Origin: Betaproteobacteria bacterium
Lineage (GTDB): Bacteria; Pseudomonadota; Gammaproteobacteria; Burkholderiales; SG8-39
Length of the DNA stretch: 64,000 nt
Reading direction: 5' to 3'
Assembly (NCBI GenBank): GCA_947466535.1
Contig: CANIEV010000001.1
Coordinates: forward strand, 12,941 to 76,940
The position numbers were made by a program, and so were the translations under genes. How positions within the stretch are numbered: the stretch's first letter is position 1; each line of letters begins with the position of its first letter. Below are positions 50,290 to 59,100 of the stretch, one piece after another. A model generated the notes under the pieces. The model was not told where the DNA came from. It was given only the letters and a program-made list of their open reading frames with translations, and ran no database searches.

Positions 50290-51297
50290 TTACGCGTCGT
50301 TGAGATGACAGGCAGAGGAGTGGCCGGGGGCGACCTCCCGCAGAGCCGGCACCTCGCTGCTGCAGCGTGGCATTGCATGCGGACAACGCGGGTGAAAGTG
50401 GCAACCCGCAGGCGGTGCGAGCGGCGAGGGAATCTCCCCCCGAATCGGAACAAAGGTCCTGCGTTGCCGATCCAGTCGCGGCATTCCCTCGAGCAGCGCT
50501 TGCGTGTACGGATGGTTGGGCGAGGCGAACAGCGCTTCGTTGGGGGCGAGTTCCACCACCCGTCCGAGGTACATCACCGCGACGCGGTGGGCCAGATGCC
50601 GCACCACGCCAAGATCGTGGCTGATGAAAAGATAGGCGAGGCCCCGCTCCTGCCGAAGCTCCATGAACAGGTTCAGCACCTGCGCCTGGATCGAAACATC
50701 CAGAGCGGCGACCGCCTCGTCGCAGACGATGAGTTCCGGGCGCACCGCTAGCGCGCGCGCAATGCCCAATCGCTGACGTTGGCCGCCGGAAAACTGGTGC
50801 GGCAGGCGATTCTTCACCGAAGGGTCGAGCCCGACCCGGTTCAGCAGGGAATCGACGTACGCCCCGAGTTCGGCGGCGGGCACGGTGCGGTGATAACGCG
50901 GACCTTCGGCGACGATTTCGCCCGCGTGCTGACGTGGATTGAGCGACGCCATCGGGTCCTGGAAAATCATCTGCACCGCGAGGCGGGCGGCACGCTTGTC
51001 CTTGCCTTCGAGGGAGCCCCGGGGGGCGCCCCGAAACAAGACCTCGCCTTCACTCGGTTCGAGAATTCCAGCGACGATACGACCGAGCGTCGATTTGCCG
51101 CAGCCCGATTCACCGACGAGGCCAAGCGCTTCGCCCGTGGCAACTGCGAGATCAATGCGATCAAGCGCATGGACGACCCCGGGACGGGGGCGTCTGCCGA
51201 TTGCGTCGACGAGCCGACCTGCAAGGTCGCGCGTCTGTTCGAATCGGCACGACACGCCACGTACTTCCAGCAGAGGGGGGCTGAGCGGGGAATTCAT
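50290..51297 (-). CDS. ABC transporter ATP-binding protein, oligopeptide/dipeptide (DppF/OppF) type
   Basis: Walker A GESGCGKST, signature FSGGQRQR, Walker B LIVCDEAVAALD and a C-terminal oligopeptide-type extension (HPYTQALL, Cys-rich tail). The ATG overlaps the upstream stop. Confidence 0.92.
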   Translation of the reverse strand: MNSPLSPPLLEVRGVSCRFEQTRDLAGRLVDAIGRRPRPGVVHALDRIDLAVATGEALGLVGESGCGKSTLGRIVAGILEPSEGEVLFRGAPRGSLEGKDKRAARLAVQMIFQDPMASLNPRQHAGEIVAEGPRYHRTVPAAELGAYVDSLLNRVGLDPSVKNRLPHQFSGGQRQRLGIARALAVRPELIVCDEAVAALDVSIQAQVLNLFMELRQERGLAYLFISHDLGVVRHLAHRVAVMYLGRVVELAPNEALFASPNHPYTQALLEGMPRLDRQRRTFVPIRGEIPSPLAPPAGCHFHPRCPHAMPRCSSEVPALREVAPGHSSACHLNDA

Positions 51298-52268
51298 TCG
51301 AGCGGGTGATGGCAACGCAGGCGTCGGGCGCCGGCGGCGGTTTCAACAGGTTCTTCCGCGCAATCGGGCTGTGCGCGACTGCATCGGGTGCGAAATGCGC
51401 AGCCCGAGGGACGCTCGAGCGGACTCGGGGTCATGCCCGGGATGGGCGTGAGGACCTTGCCGCGCGCGGTCTGGCCCGGCAGCGATGCGATCAACCCGGC
51501 GGTGTAGGGGTGAAACGGCCGTTCCAGCACCTCAATCACACTGCCGCGTTCGACGATGCGTCCGGCGTACATGACGCAGACAGTATCCGCGAGCGCGGAT
51601 ACGACCGACAGATCGTGCGTGATCCAGAGCAACGCGGTTCCCGATTCACGGCACAGGCGCTGCATTTCGAACAGGATCTGGCCCTGAATCGTGACATCCA
51701 GCGCGGTGGTCGGCTCGTCGGCAATGATCAGGTCGGGCCGGTTGAGCAGGGCGATCGCGATCGCGACCCGCTGGCGCATGCCGCCGGACAACTGGTGCGG
51801 GTAGGCGGCGAGCCGTTCTTCCGGTGACGGAATGCCCACGCGTCCGAGCGCGTCGCGCGCGCGATCGCGAGCGGCGGCATGCGGGGTGTCCCCGTGCGCG
51901 AGGATCGTCTCGATCATCTGGGTCTCGATGCGCAGCACCGGGTTCAGGGTCATCATCGGATCCTGGAAGATCATCGCGATGCGATTGCCGCGAAGCTGCC
52001 GCATGTCTTCTTCCGGCAGGGTGACCAGGTCGCGTCCCTTGAACAGTATGCGACCGCCTGCTATGCGGCCCGGCGGGTCGACAAGGCCGAGGATCGAGTA
52101 TCCGGTCACGCTTTTGCCCGACCCGGACTCGCCCACCATGCCGAGAATCTCCCCCGCGGCGAGACTGAACGACACGCCGTCGACCGCGCGCAACTCGCGC
52201 GACTGCGAACCCTGGCGGACGCTGAACCAGGTCCTGAGGTCTTCAACCGTCAGCAGCGGAGCGCTCAT
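51294..52268 (-). CDS. ABC transporter ATP-binding protein, DppD/OppD type
   Basis: Walker A GESGSGKS, signature LSGGMRQR, Walker [13 protein letters not shown] and HPYTAGLI. Start at [11 protein letters not shown] (ATG 52268). Confidence 0.92.
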   Translation of the reverse strand: MSAPLLTVEDLRTWFSVRQGSQSRELRAVDGVSFSLAAGEILGMVGESGSGKSVTGYSILGLVDPPGRIAGGRILFKGRDLVTLPEEDMRQLRGNRIAMIFQDPMMTLNPVLRIETQMIETILAHGDTPHAAARDRARDALGRVGIPSPEERLAAYPHQLSGGMRQRVAIAIALLNRPDLIIADEPTTALDVTIQGQILFEMQRLCRESGTALLWITHDLSVVSALADTVCVMYAGRIVERGSVIEVLERPFHPYTAGLIASLPGQTARGKVLTPIPGMTPSPLERPSGCAFRTRCSRAQPDCAEEPVETAAGARRLRCHHPLE

Positions 52269-53146
52269 CGGATATGCCGCGGGTCGAGAAGATCGCGCAG
52301 GCGATCGGCGACCAGGTTCATGCCGACGATCGCCGCGAGCAGGGCGATGCCGGGGAAGGCGCTGATCCAGTAGCTGCCCGACATCATGAAGTTGAAGCCA
52401 TTGGCGATCAGCAGGCCGAGCGAAGGTTCGGTTACCGGCATGCCGAGCCCGAGGAAGGACAGCGTTGCCTCGAGCGCGATAGCGCTCGCGACCTGTACCG
52501 GCGCGAGCACCAGCACCGACGGCAGGCAGTTGGGCAGGAGATGGACGAACAGGATCCGCCCGCGGTCGAAGCCGAGGCACCGTGCCGCCTGGACATAATC
52601 CTTGCCCTGTTCGACCAGCGCCGCGCCGCGCACGGTGCGGGCAAAGTAGGCCCACTGAACGAGAACCAGCGCGAGTATCGTTTTGTCGACGCCCTTGCCG
52701 AGTATCGCAAGCAACACCAGGGCCACAAGAATCGAAGGAAACGACAGCTGGATGTCGACGATACGCATCAGCAGCGCGTCGACACGCCGTCCTGCATAAC
52801 CCGCGATCAGGCCCACTGTCGTGCCGATAATTACCGCGAAGGCGCAGCTGACAACGCCCACCAGCAGGCTGATCCGAAGCCCGTAGAAAATCGCCGAGAG
52901 CAGGTCGCGGCCCTGGTCGTCGGAGCCGAGCCAGAAAGTGAAGCCGGCGCCGGACTTCGAGCCGGGCGCGAGCCGACCGTCAAGGATGTCGAGCTTGCCG
53001 AGGTCGTAGGGATTCTGCGGCGAAATCCAGGGCGCGAGCAGCGCGATCAGAATCGTGATGGCGAGCAGTACGAGCCCGAGCAGTGCGAGCCTGCTGGCGG
53101 CGAAATCGGCGAGGAATTCCCGTACGCGACTGTGATCACGGGGCAT
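52265..53146 (-). CDS. ABC transporter permease, DppC/OppC type
   Basis: About 293 aa with N-terminal LAPWISPQNPYD and the EAA-like region ARCLGFDRGRILFVHLLPN. The 653-aa ORF in the track fuses this gene to an out-of-frame overlap with the upstream permease gene. Confidence 0.9.
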   Translation of the reverse strand: MPRDHSRVREFLADFAASRLALLGLVLLAITILIALLAPWISPQNPYDLGKLDILDGRLAPGSKSGAGFTFWLGSDDQGRDLLSAIFYGLRISLLVGVVSCAFAVIIGTTVGLIAGYAGRRVDALLMRIVDIQLSFPSILVALVLLAILGKGVDKTILALVLVQWAYFARTVRGAALVEQGKDYVQAARCLGFDRGRILFVHLLPNCLPSVLVLAPVQVASAIALEATLSFLGLGMPVTEPSLGLLIANGFNFMMSGSYWISAFPGIALLAAIVGMNLVADRLRDLLDPRHIR

Positions 53147-53148
53147 CG

Positions 53149-54126
53149 TCACGACGACGCTCCCGACAATCGCACACGTGGGTCGAGCAGCGAGTAGAGG
53201 ATGTCCACCGCAAGATTGATGAGGGTGAACATCAGCACCACGATCAGCAGGTATGCCACCACCACCGGCCGGTCGAGCAGGTTGATCGAGTCGATCAGCA
53301 GCTTGCCCATGCCGGGCCAGGCGAACACGGTTTCGGTGACGACTGCGAACGCGATCACATTGCCGAGTTCCAGTCCGAGCACGGTCACCACCGGGACCAG
53401 GATGTTGCGCAGCGCATGCACGAGCAGCACGCGGCTCCGGCGAAGGCCTTTGGCTCGGGCGAACCGGATGTAGTCGAGCTGCATCACTTCCTGGATGCCG
53501 GCGCGCACCAGCCGTATGACCAGTGCGAGCTTGAACAGCGCGAGCGTCACCGCGGGCAGCAGCAGATGCGCGAGCCCGTCGGGCGTGAGAAAACTGAGCG
53601 GTACCCCGAAAACGTTGATCGTCTCGCCGCGCCCGGTGGAAGGCAGCACGCCAAGCTGGATCGAGAACACGAGTATCAGCATCAGGCCGACCCAGAACGT
53701 GGGCAGGCTGAAACCGAGTATCGATCCGGCGAGGATGCTCCTGCCCGCCAGCGAGTCCGGTTTCAGTCCGGCCCAAAGGCCGAGCGGAAGCCCGAGGCCG
53801 ATCGCGATCAGCATCGCCGCGGCGGCAAGTTCGAGCGTGGCCGGCATCCGGTCGACAATCAGCTGAACGGCGGGAACGCCAGCGACGAATGAGACACCCA
53901 GGTCGCCGTGCATGGCATTGGCTGCGAATCGGAAGTACTGTTCCCAGAGCGGACGATCGAGACCCAGGACGCGCGAAGCCTCGGCGACTTCCGCCGGCGT
54001 TGCCTGCGGGTTGACGAGGATGTCGAGCGGATTGCCGATCGCATACACGCCGGCGAAGACGAGCAGCGACATCGCAGCCAGCACGAGGGCGCTCTGCAAA
54101 AACCGGCGGAGGAGGAATTCGGTCAC
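53149..54126 (-). CDS. ABC transporter permease, DppB/OppB type
   Basis: MTEFLLRRFLQSALVLAAMSLLVFAG, LGLDRPLWEQYFRF and ARAKGLRRSRVLLVHALRN, typical of binding-protein-dependent family-5 permeases. Confidence 0.92.
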   Translation of the reverse strand: MTEFLLRRFLQSALVLAAMSLLVFAGVYAIGNPLDILVNPQATPAEVAEASRVLGLDRPLWEQYFRFAANAMHGDLGVSFVAGVPAVQLIVDRMPATLELAAAAMLIAIGLGLPLGLWAGLKPDSLAGRSILAGSILGFSLPTFWVGLMLILVFSIQLGVLPSTGRGETINVFGVPLSFLTPDGLAHLLLPAVTLALFKLALVIRLVRAGIQEVMQLDYIRFARAKGLRRSRVLLVHALRNILVPVVTVLGLELGNVIAFAVVTETVFAWPGMGKLLIDSINLLDRPVVVAYLLIVVLMFTLINLAVDILYSLLDPRVRLSGASS

Positions 54127-54258
54127 TGGGAATGAAGTCCGCGGGTGTGGAACAAGTGCGGCGGGGACATCGGAACGTTCGTCCGAAGTGTACCGGCAGC
54201 AGCCTGCAGTGCGTGCTTGCCGGCATGTCTGCCGGCGTGATTGTCTCTGCGAGCGGAA

Positions 54259-55419
54259 TCAGCGACGCTGATCGAAGCGCTTGCCCGCGTACGCGGCGGC
54301 GATATTGGTCTTCTGGATGTCGATCGCGCCGCCGGCGATGCCCCAGCCCCAGCCATCGCGAAGCCGCTGTTCCATCGGAAAGCTCTTGTTGTAGCCGTAG
54401 CCGCCCATGAGTTGCAGGGCGATGCCGCAGACTTCGCGCACCATTTCATTCGCAAAGCACTTGGCGATCGAGCTTTCCTTGATCGAGGGCAGGCCAGCGG
54501 AGGCATTTGCGACCGCGCGGTACACCAGCATGCGCGCGGCTTCGAGGCGTATCGCCATGTCCGCGATCTTGAGCTGCACCGCCTGGAAATCGATCAGAGG
54601 TTTCCCGAACTGCTTCCGTTGGTTCACATACGCAAGCGCGTCATCGAACGCCGATGCCGCGATCGCGAGGCACATGGTCGCGTTGCCGCAACGCTCGAGG
54701 TCGAAGGCTTCCATCAACTTGCGAAAGCCGCCTGCCGGGACGACGACATTGCCCGCGGGGACGCGGACCTTGTCGAAGAACATGTCCGCGCTCGGAATGC
54801 CGCGAAATCCCATGAGTTGTTCCGCGGCGCCGAAGGAAAGGCCCTTCGCTTCCTTTTCGACGAGCACGGCGCCGATGCCTTTCGCGCCGGGCGCATCGCT
54901 CAGCCGGCAATAAACGAGATAGGCATCGGCATGACCCGCGCCCGAACACCAGCGCTTCTGGCCGTCGATCACCACGCTGTCGCCCTCGATGGTTCCGCGG
55001 GTGCGCAGGTCAGTAAGGGCGCTGCCGGCGTCGGGTTCGGACATCGCAACCGCGACGATCATGTCGCCGGCACAGACCTTCGGGACAATGCGCTGCGCGA
55101 GCGCGACAGGAGCGAAGTGCCGGATCGCCAGCACCGGACCGAAGCAGGACTCGAACACCGGGAACGCCACCGCCGGTGAAACCTTCGCGATTTCCTCGAG
55201 CACCAGCACCGCATCGAGATGCGACAGACCTGCACCGCCGTACTTGGCGTCGAGGTTGACTCCGAGAAAGCCGAGCGAGGCATACCGCCTGACGAGATCT
55301 TTCGGGGCCGGGGTGTTGCTCTCCTCGAGGTGTTTCGCGATCGGCGCAAGCTCCTTGCGTGCAAAACGCTGCGCGCTTTCGCGCAGCATTTCCTGCTCCT
55401 GGCTCAGGCTGAAATCCAT
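54259..55419 (-). CDS. Acyl-CoA dehydrogenase family protein
   Basis: 386 aa with an ACAD fold. N-terminal LSQEQEMLRESAQRFARKEL, a middle beta-domain, and a C-terminal helical domain with catalytic-base region YGYNKSFPMEQRLRD. Confidence 0.92.
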   Translation of the reverse strand: MDFSLSQEQEMLRESAQRFARKELAPIAKHLEESNTPAPKDLVRRYASLGFLGVNLDAKYGGAGLSHLDAVLVLEEIAKVSPAVAFPVFESCFGPVLAIRHFAPVALAQRIVPKVCAGDMIVAVAMSEPDAGSALTDLRTRGTIEGDSVVIDGQKRWCSGAGHADAYLVYCRLSDAPGAKGIGAVLVEKEAKGLSFGAAEQLMGFRGIPSADMFFDKVRVPAGNVVVPAGGFRKLMEAFDLERCGNATMCLAIAASAFDDALAYVNQRKQFGKPLIDFQAVQLKIADMAIRLEAARMLVYRAVANASAGLPSIKESSIAKCFANEMVREVCGIALQLMGGYGYNKSFPMEQRLRDGWGWGIAGGAIDIQKTNIAAAYAGKRFDQRR

Positions 55420-55575
55420 GTCGTGTCCTCTCGTCCGATGGTGACCGGATGCGGGCTGTTGCCGCCCGCGTAACGGCGGCGGGAGTCTAGCACCCGTCCC
55501 GTCCTTGCCGTCGAAAATCCGGCATGGGCGTCTGATACCATGGGCCTCCGTTTCGGATCACGCAGGAACCCGGAC

Positions 55576-56280
55576 ATGAACGATACCGCCACCCTTACCG
55601 CCTCGCGCAGCACCGCCCGCAAGGATCTGGTGCGCGACGAACTGCTCGGCAAGGCGGCCGAACTGTTCTCCCGTCGCGGCTACGCCAACACCACCATTCA
55701 GGACATCGCCCGGGAACTCGGACTCAGCCGCTCCTCCCTGTACCACTACTTTCCGAGCAAGGAAGAGCTGCTTCGCGCCTTGATCGAAGCGGAAACCGCC
55801 GGATCATTCGAATTCCTCGGGAAATTGCGCGACGACACCAGCCTGACGGCTGGCGAGCGGCTTCGTCAGGCGGTACGGAGCAGCGTGGCGAGACGGCTTG
55901 CGGGCGGCGCAAGCATGCGTATTCTCGAACGGCTGGAAAGCGATATGCCGGAGGAGTTGCTTATGCAGTTCAACCGGGTCCGGCGGCAAATACTCCAGTT
56001 CTATATCGACATCGTCGAGGCCGGTATCCGCAGCGGCGAATTTCGCGTGGTGGATTCCAAGCTGACCGCGTTCGCGGTGCTCGGCATGTGCAACTGGACC
56101 GCCTGGTGGTATTCGCCCGCCGGCAGTCGATCACCCGAGCAAATTGCTGATTCCATGGCGGATTTTGCGCTCAACGCGCTCGAGCGCGGCGATGCTGCGA
56201 AGCCGTCGCCCGGTACGCTCGGGAGCGCGATCCGCCAGCTCAAGGACGACATCGCGGCGCTTGAGCGCCTCGCGAAGTAG
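55576..56280 (+). CDS. TetR/AcrR-family transcriptional regulator
   Basis: HTH TTIQDIARELGLSRSSLYHYFPSKEELL. Divergent from the ACAD gene and co-directional with the downstream VOC/monooxygenase genes. Confidence 0.92.
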   Translation: MNDTATLTASRSTARKDLVRDELLGKAAELFSRRGYANTTIQDIARELGLSRSSLYHYFPSKEELLRALIEAETAGSFEFLGKLRDDTSLTAGERLRQAVRSSVARRLAGGASMRILERLESDMPEELLMQFNRVRRQILQFYIDIVEAGIRSGEFRVVDSKLTAFAVLGMCNWTAWWYSPAGSRSPEQIADSMADFALNALERGDAAKPSPGTLGSAIRQLKDDIAALERLAK

Positions 56281-56291
56281 TCCGGGCGGTA

Positions 56292-56320
56292 TTGACTTCA
56301 CACCATCAAATCAATAGGAT
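56292..56320 (+). promoter_or_regulatory. Sigma70-like promoter TTGACT-17 nt-TAGGAT upstream of the VOC/monooxygenase cluster
   Basis: TTGACT at 56292-56297 and TAGGAT at 56315-56320. It is immediately followed by the inverted repeat TTCGTCG...CGACGAA, a candidate TetR operator or leader stem. Confidence 0.4.
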
Positions 56321-56405
56321 TCGTCGCCTTAGTTGAAAATTCGACTGTAACGACGAAACAGCTTGGCACCGGGTTCGCCGGATGCCGCGTTCAACAGGAG
56401 GGCTC

Positions 56406-57050
56406 ATGAATACCGCCACCATCGAAGCACAGAAAAAATCCGCCGCCTTGGCCGCGACCGGCAGCATGCCCGGCTTCAAGGGCGTGCATCACAGCGCGCG
56501 TCCCACCTGGAAGCTTCGCGAAACCATTGAGTTCTACCGCGACATCATGGGGCTTCCCCTTGTGCATACGATCTCCGCGCGCGGCTGGGGACGCCCGGGT
56601 CACCCGGACTTCCTGCATTTCTTTTTCGACAGCGGCCTTGGCAGCACGATCGCCTTCTTCTACTACATCGGCACCGACCGGCCGGATTTCCTCGCGCCGC
56701 GAATCGAGGACTGGATGTACCGCTCCACGCACACAGCGTGGCGGGTCGAAACCCGCGACGAACTCGTGGCATGGAAAGAAAAGCTGGAAGCCAAGGGGCA
56801 GCAGGTGTCGGTCTTCACTCAGCACGAGGTGATCGACTCGATCTACCTCACCGACCCGAACGGCTACCCGGTGGAAATCACCCTGCAGACGCGCGAGTTC
56901 GAACCGAAGGACTCGCACGACGCCGCACTCACCATGCAGGCTGCGGTCGATCTGATCGAGGAAGCCGCCGCAAAGGGCGAGCGCGTGAAGGACATCGACA
57001 CGATCTGGCGGCGCAAGGCCGAAATGGTCAGCAAACTTCCGCGTGCCTGA
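56406..57050 (+). CDS. VOC (glyoxalase/extradiol dioxygenase) family protein with helical C-terminal tail
   Basis: CAGGAGGG SD precedes ATG 56406. VOC signatures: GVHHSARPT...FYRDIMGLPLV, THTAWRV and IYLTDPNGYPVEI. Confidence 0.75.
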   Translation: MNTATIEAQKKSAALAATGSMPGFKGVHHSARPTWKLRETIEFYRDIMGLPLVHTISARGWGRPGHPDFLHFFFDSGLGSTIAFFYYIGTDRPDFLAPRIEDWMYRSTHTAWRVETRDELVAWKEKLEAKGQQVSVFTQHEVIDSIYLTDPNGYPVEITLQTREFEPKDSHDAALTMQAAVDLIEEAAAKGERVKDIDTIWRRKAEMVSKLPRA

Positions 57051-57060
57051 GGAGATCACC

Positions 57061-57306
57061 ATGCCAGCCATCTACGTTCTTGACGTTCCCGAATTCCGCG
57101 CCCTCGTTCAGGGATCGAAGGAACCGGGCCGCCATCGTGTGACCAATCTCGGTAACGGCTATTACCGGGTCGAGGCCGACGACGAACTCGTATTCAACCG
57201 CAAAGAACTCGGCTTCAAGCCAGCGGTCTGGTACGGCGCATTCACCGGCGGGCTCGATGGAAAGATCGTTCAGTTCGACCGCGACACGGTGCGCATCGTC
57301 GCCTGA
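57061..57306 (+). CDS. Hypothetical 81-aa protein
   Basis: MPAIYVLDVPEFRALVQGSKEPGRHRVTNLGNGYYRVEADDELVFNRKELGFKPAVWYGAFTGGLDGKIVQFDRDTVRIVA. It is tightly packed between the VOC and monooxygenase genes. I recognise no family. Confidence 0.5.
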   Translation: MPAIYVLDVPEFRALVQGSKEPGRHRVTNLGNGYYRVEADDELVFNRKELGFKPAVWYGAFTGGLDGKIVQFDRDTVRIVA

Positions 57307-57344
57307 ACCCGCGCGCCGTCGCACGGCGCTACAGAGGACTCCTC

Positions 57345-58526
57345 ATGAAGATCGCAGTCATCGGCGGTGGGCCGAGCGGCCTGTATTTTTCGCTGATCGC
57401 CAAGAAGCGCTTTCCTGAATTCGATATCCGCGTCTACGAGCAGACGCCGGCCGATGCCACCTACGGCTTCGGTGTCGTGCTCGCCGACGGCGGGTTGCAA
57501 AACCTGAAGCAGGTGGACGCGGACTCGGCGACCGACATCATCGACGCGCTGCACTGGACCACGCAGCAACGCTTTGTCCATCGCGGCGAGACCGTGGTGT
57601 TCGAGAAGCAGCGTCCCGGAGGCGCGATCGAGCGGCTTCGCCTGCTCAACATTCTGCAGGAGCATTGCGCGAGGGCGGGCGTGGTGTGCGAGTTCAACCA
57701 CAGGATCGAGACGCTCGCGGACATTCCTGAAGCTGACCTCGTGATCGGTGCGGACGGGTCGAATTCGGTGGTGCGCAAATGCCTCGAAGCCGAATTCGGG
57801 ACCGTCACCCGCTCGCTGACCAACCGCTGGTCCTGGTACGGCACTGATTTTGCCTTCGAGACGTCCTGCCTGAATTTTCGCGAAATTACCGGCGGTGCAC
57901 TCGTTGCCCATTTCTACCCGTATGCGCCCGATCGCAGCACCTTCGTGCTCGAGTGCGACGAACACACCTGGTTCAACAGCGGCATGGACAGTATGGACGA
58001 CGAGGAACGCCGGGTGTTTACGCAGAAATTCTATGCGGACGAACTCCGCGGACGTGATGTCATCAGCAAGCGTTCGGTCTGGCGCCCGTTCGGCTTCACC
58101 ACCAATGCCCGCTGGTACGTCGGCAAGCATGTGCTGATCGGTGATTCGTTTCGAACCGCGCATTTTTCCATCGGGTCGGGGACGCGCCTCGCGCTCGAGG
58201 ATTCGATCGCACTGTTTCATTCGCTGGAGCGGCATCAGTCGAATGTTCCCGACATGCTCGAGGACTACGTCGCCACGCGCAAACCGGTGCGCGAAAAGCT
58301 CGCCGGAGCGGCCGAGAAAAGCTTCACCTGGTACGAGGGATTTCGACTTCGGATGCAGGAGTTCGACCCGATCGAGTTTGCCGAAAACTTCGTCCTTCGA
58401 ACCGGACGAATCACGCCGGAGCGGCTCCGCTCCGAGTTTCCCGGCCTGACGCAGCGGCTTGACGAGCGTCGTGGACGCAGCGCCGGCGCGACGCAGGGCC
58501 CGAGCAACAGCGCGGCACGGGGATAG
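57345..58526 (+). CDS. FAD-dependent monooxygenase resembling the hydroxylase domain of aryl-CoA (salicylyl-CoA / 2-aminobenzoyl-CoA) monooxygenases
   Basis: KIAVIGGGPSGLYFSL, VIGADGSNSVVR and LIGDSFRTAHFSIGSGTRLALEDS. The aryl-CoA assignment is a recollection of family resemblance plus gene context, not a search result. Confidence 0.8.
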   Translation: MKIAVIGGGPSGLYFSLIAKKRFPEFDIRVYEQTPADATYGFGVVLADGGLQNLKQVDADSATDIIDALHWTTQQRFVHRGETVVFEKQRPGGAIERLRLLNILQEHCARAGVVCEFNHRIETLADIPEADLVIGADGSNSVVRKCLEAEFGTVTRSLTNRWSWYGTDFAFETSCLNFREITGGALVAHFYPYAPDRSTFVLECDEHTWFNSGMDSMDDEERRVFTQKFYADELRGRDVISKRSVWRPFGFTTNARWYVGKHVLIGDSFRTAHFSIGSGTRLALEDSIALFHSLERHQSNVPDMLEDYVATRKPVREKLAGAAEKSFTWYEGFRLRMQEFDPIEFAENFVLRTGRITPERLRSEFPGLTQRLDERRGRSAGATQGPSNSAARG

Positions 58527-58529
58527 CCG

Positions 58530-58976
58530 ATGGCGAAAAAGCTGATTGCGACGGAGTACGTGTCATCGATGCGGCCGTTCACGGTGCGTCGCAGGGTGCG
58601 CTGGTCAGAATGCGATCCCGCGGGTGTTGTGTTCGCGGGAAACTTTTCAATCTATCTGCACAACGCGGTCGCCCTGTTCCGGACCGAGATGCTCGGCGGC
58701 TTCGCCGCGCCCGCGAAGGCGATATCGCTCGTATTCCATCGCGCGCTCTGGCCCGACGAGGAATTCGACATGGCGGTGTATGTCTCCGCGGTGCGCAACA
58801 GCACGATCGAGTTTCGCGTAATCGGGACCGTGAGCAAAAGCAAGGGCGAAAAAGTATTCGACGGAACCGTCACCGCGATCTTCATCAAGAAGAGCGAACG
58901 CAAGGCGGCACCGATCCCGGTTGCGACACGCAGGCTTGCGGAGGCCTACGCGAAGCGTTGTCCGGTCCCGGCATAG
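58530..58976 (+). CDS. Hotdog-fold acyl-CoA thioesterase (4-hydroxybenzoyl-CoA thioesterase/YbgC family)
   Basis: RRRVRWSECDPAGVVFAGNFSIYLHNAV matches the 4HBT family N-terminal catalytic-Asp region. 148 aa. Confidence 0.8.
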   Translation: MAKKLIATEYVSSMRPFTVRRRVRWSECDPAGVVFAGNFSIYLHNAVALFRTEMLGGFAAPAKAISLVFHRALWPDEEFDMAVYVSAVRNSTIEFRVIGTVSKSKGEKVFDGTVTAIFIKKSERKAAPIPVATRRLAEAYAKRCPVPA

Positions 58977-59100
58977 CACCGGCCCGGATCCCGGCCGACG
59001 GCGAACGCCTGGAACCTGTGGTGAAATCGCTCGGCCTCAAGATCCGGTAGCCAACAAGATCCATTGGTCAACGACAACGAACAAGCAAAGGAACCATCCC

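Noticed and set aside
52265-54226. Single 653-aa ORF apparently covering both ABC permease genes
   Set aside because: Only the C-terminal 293 aa or so (from ATG 53146) look like a DppC-type permease. The N-terminal 360 aa are an out-of-frame read through the DppB-like gene (53149-54126), which is a complete permease in its own frame.
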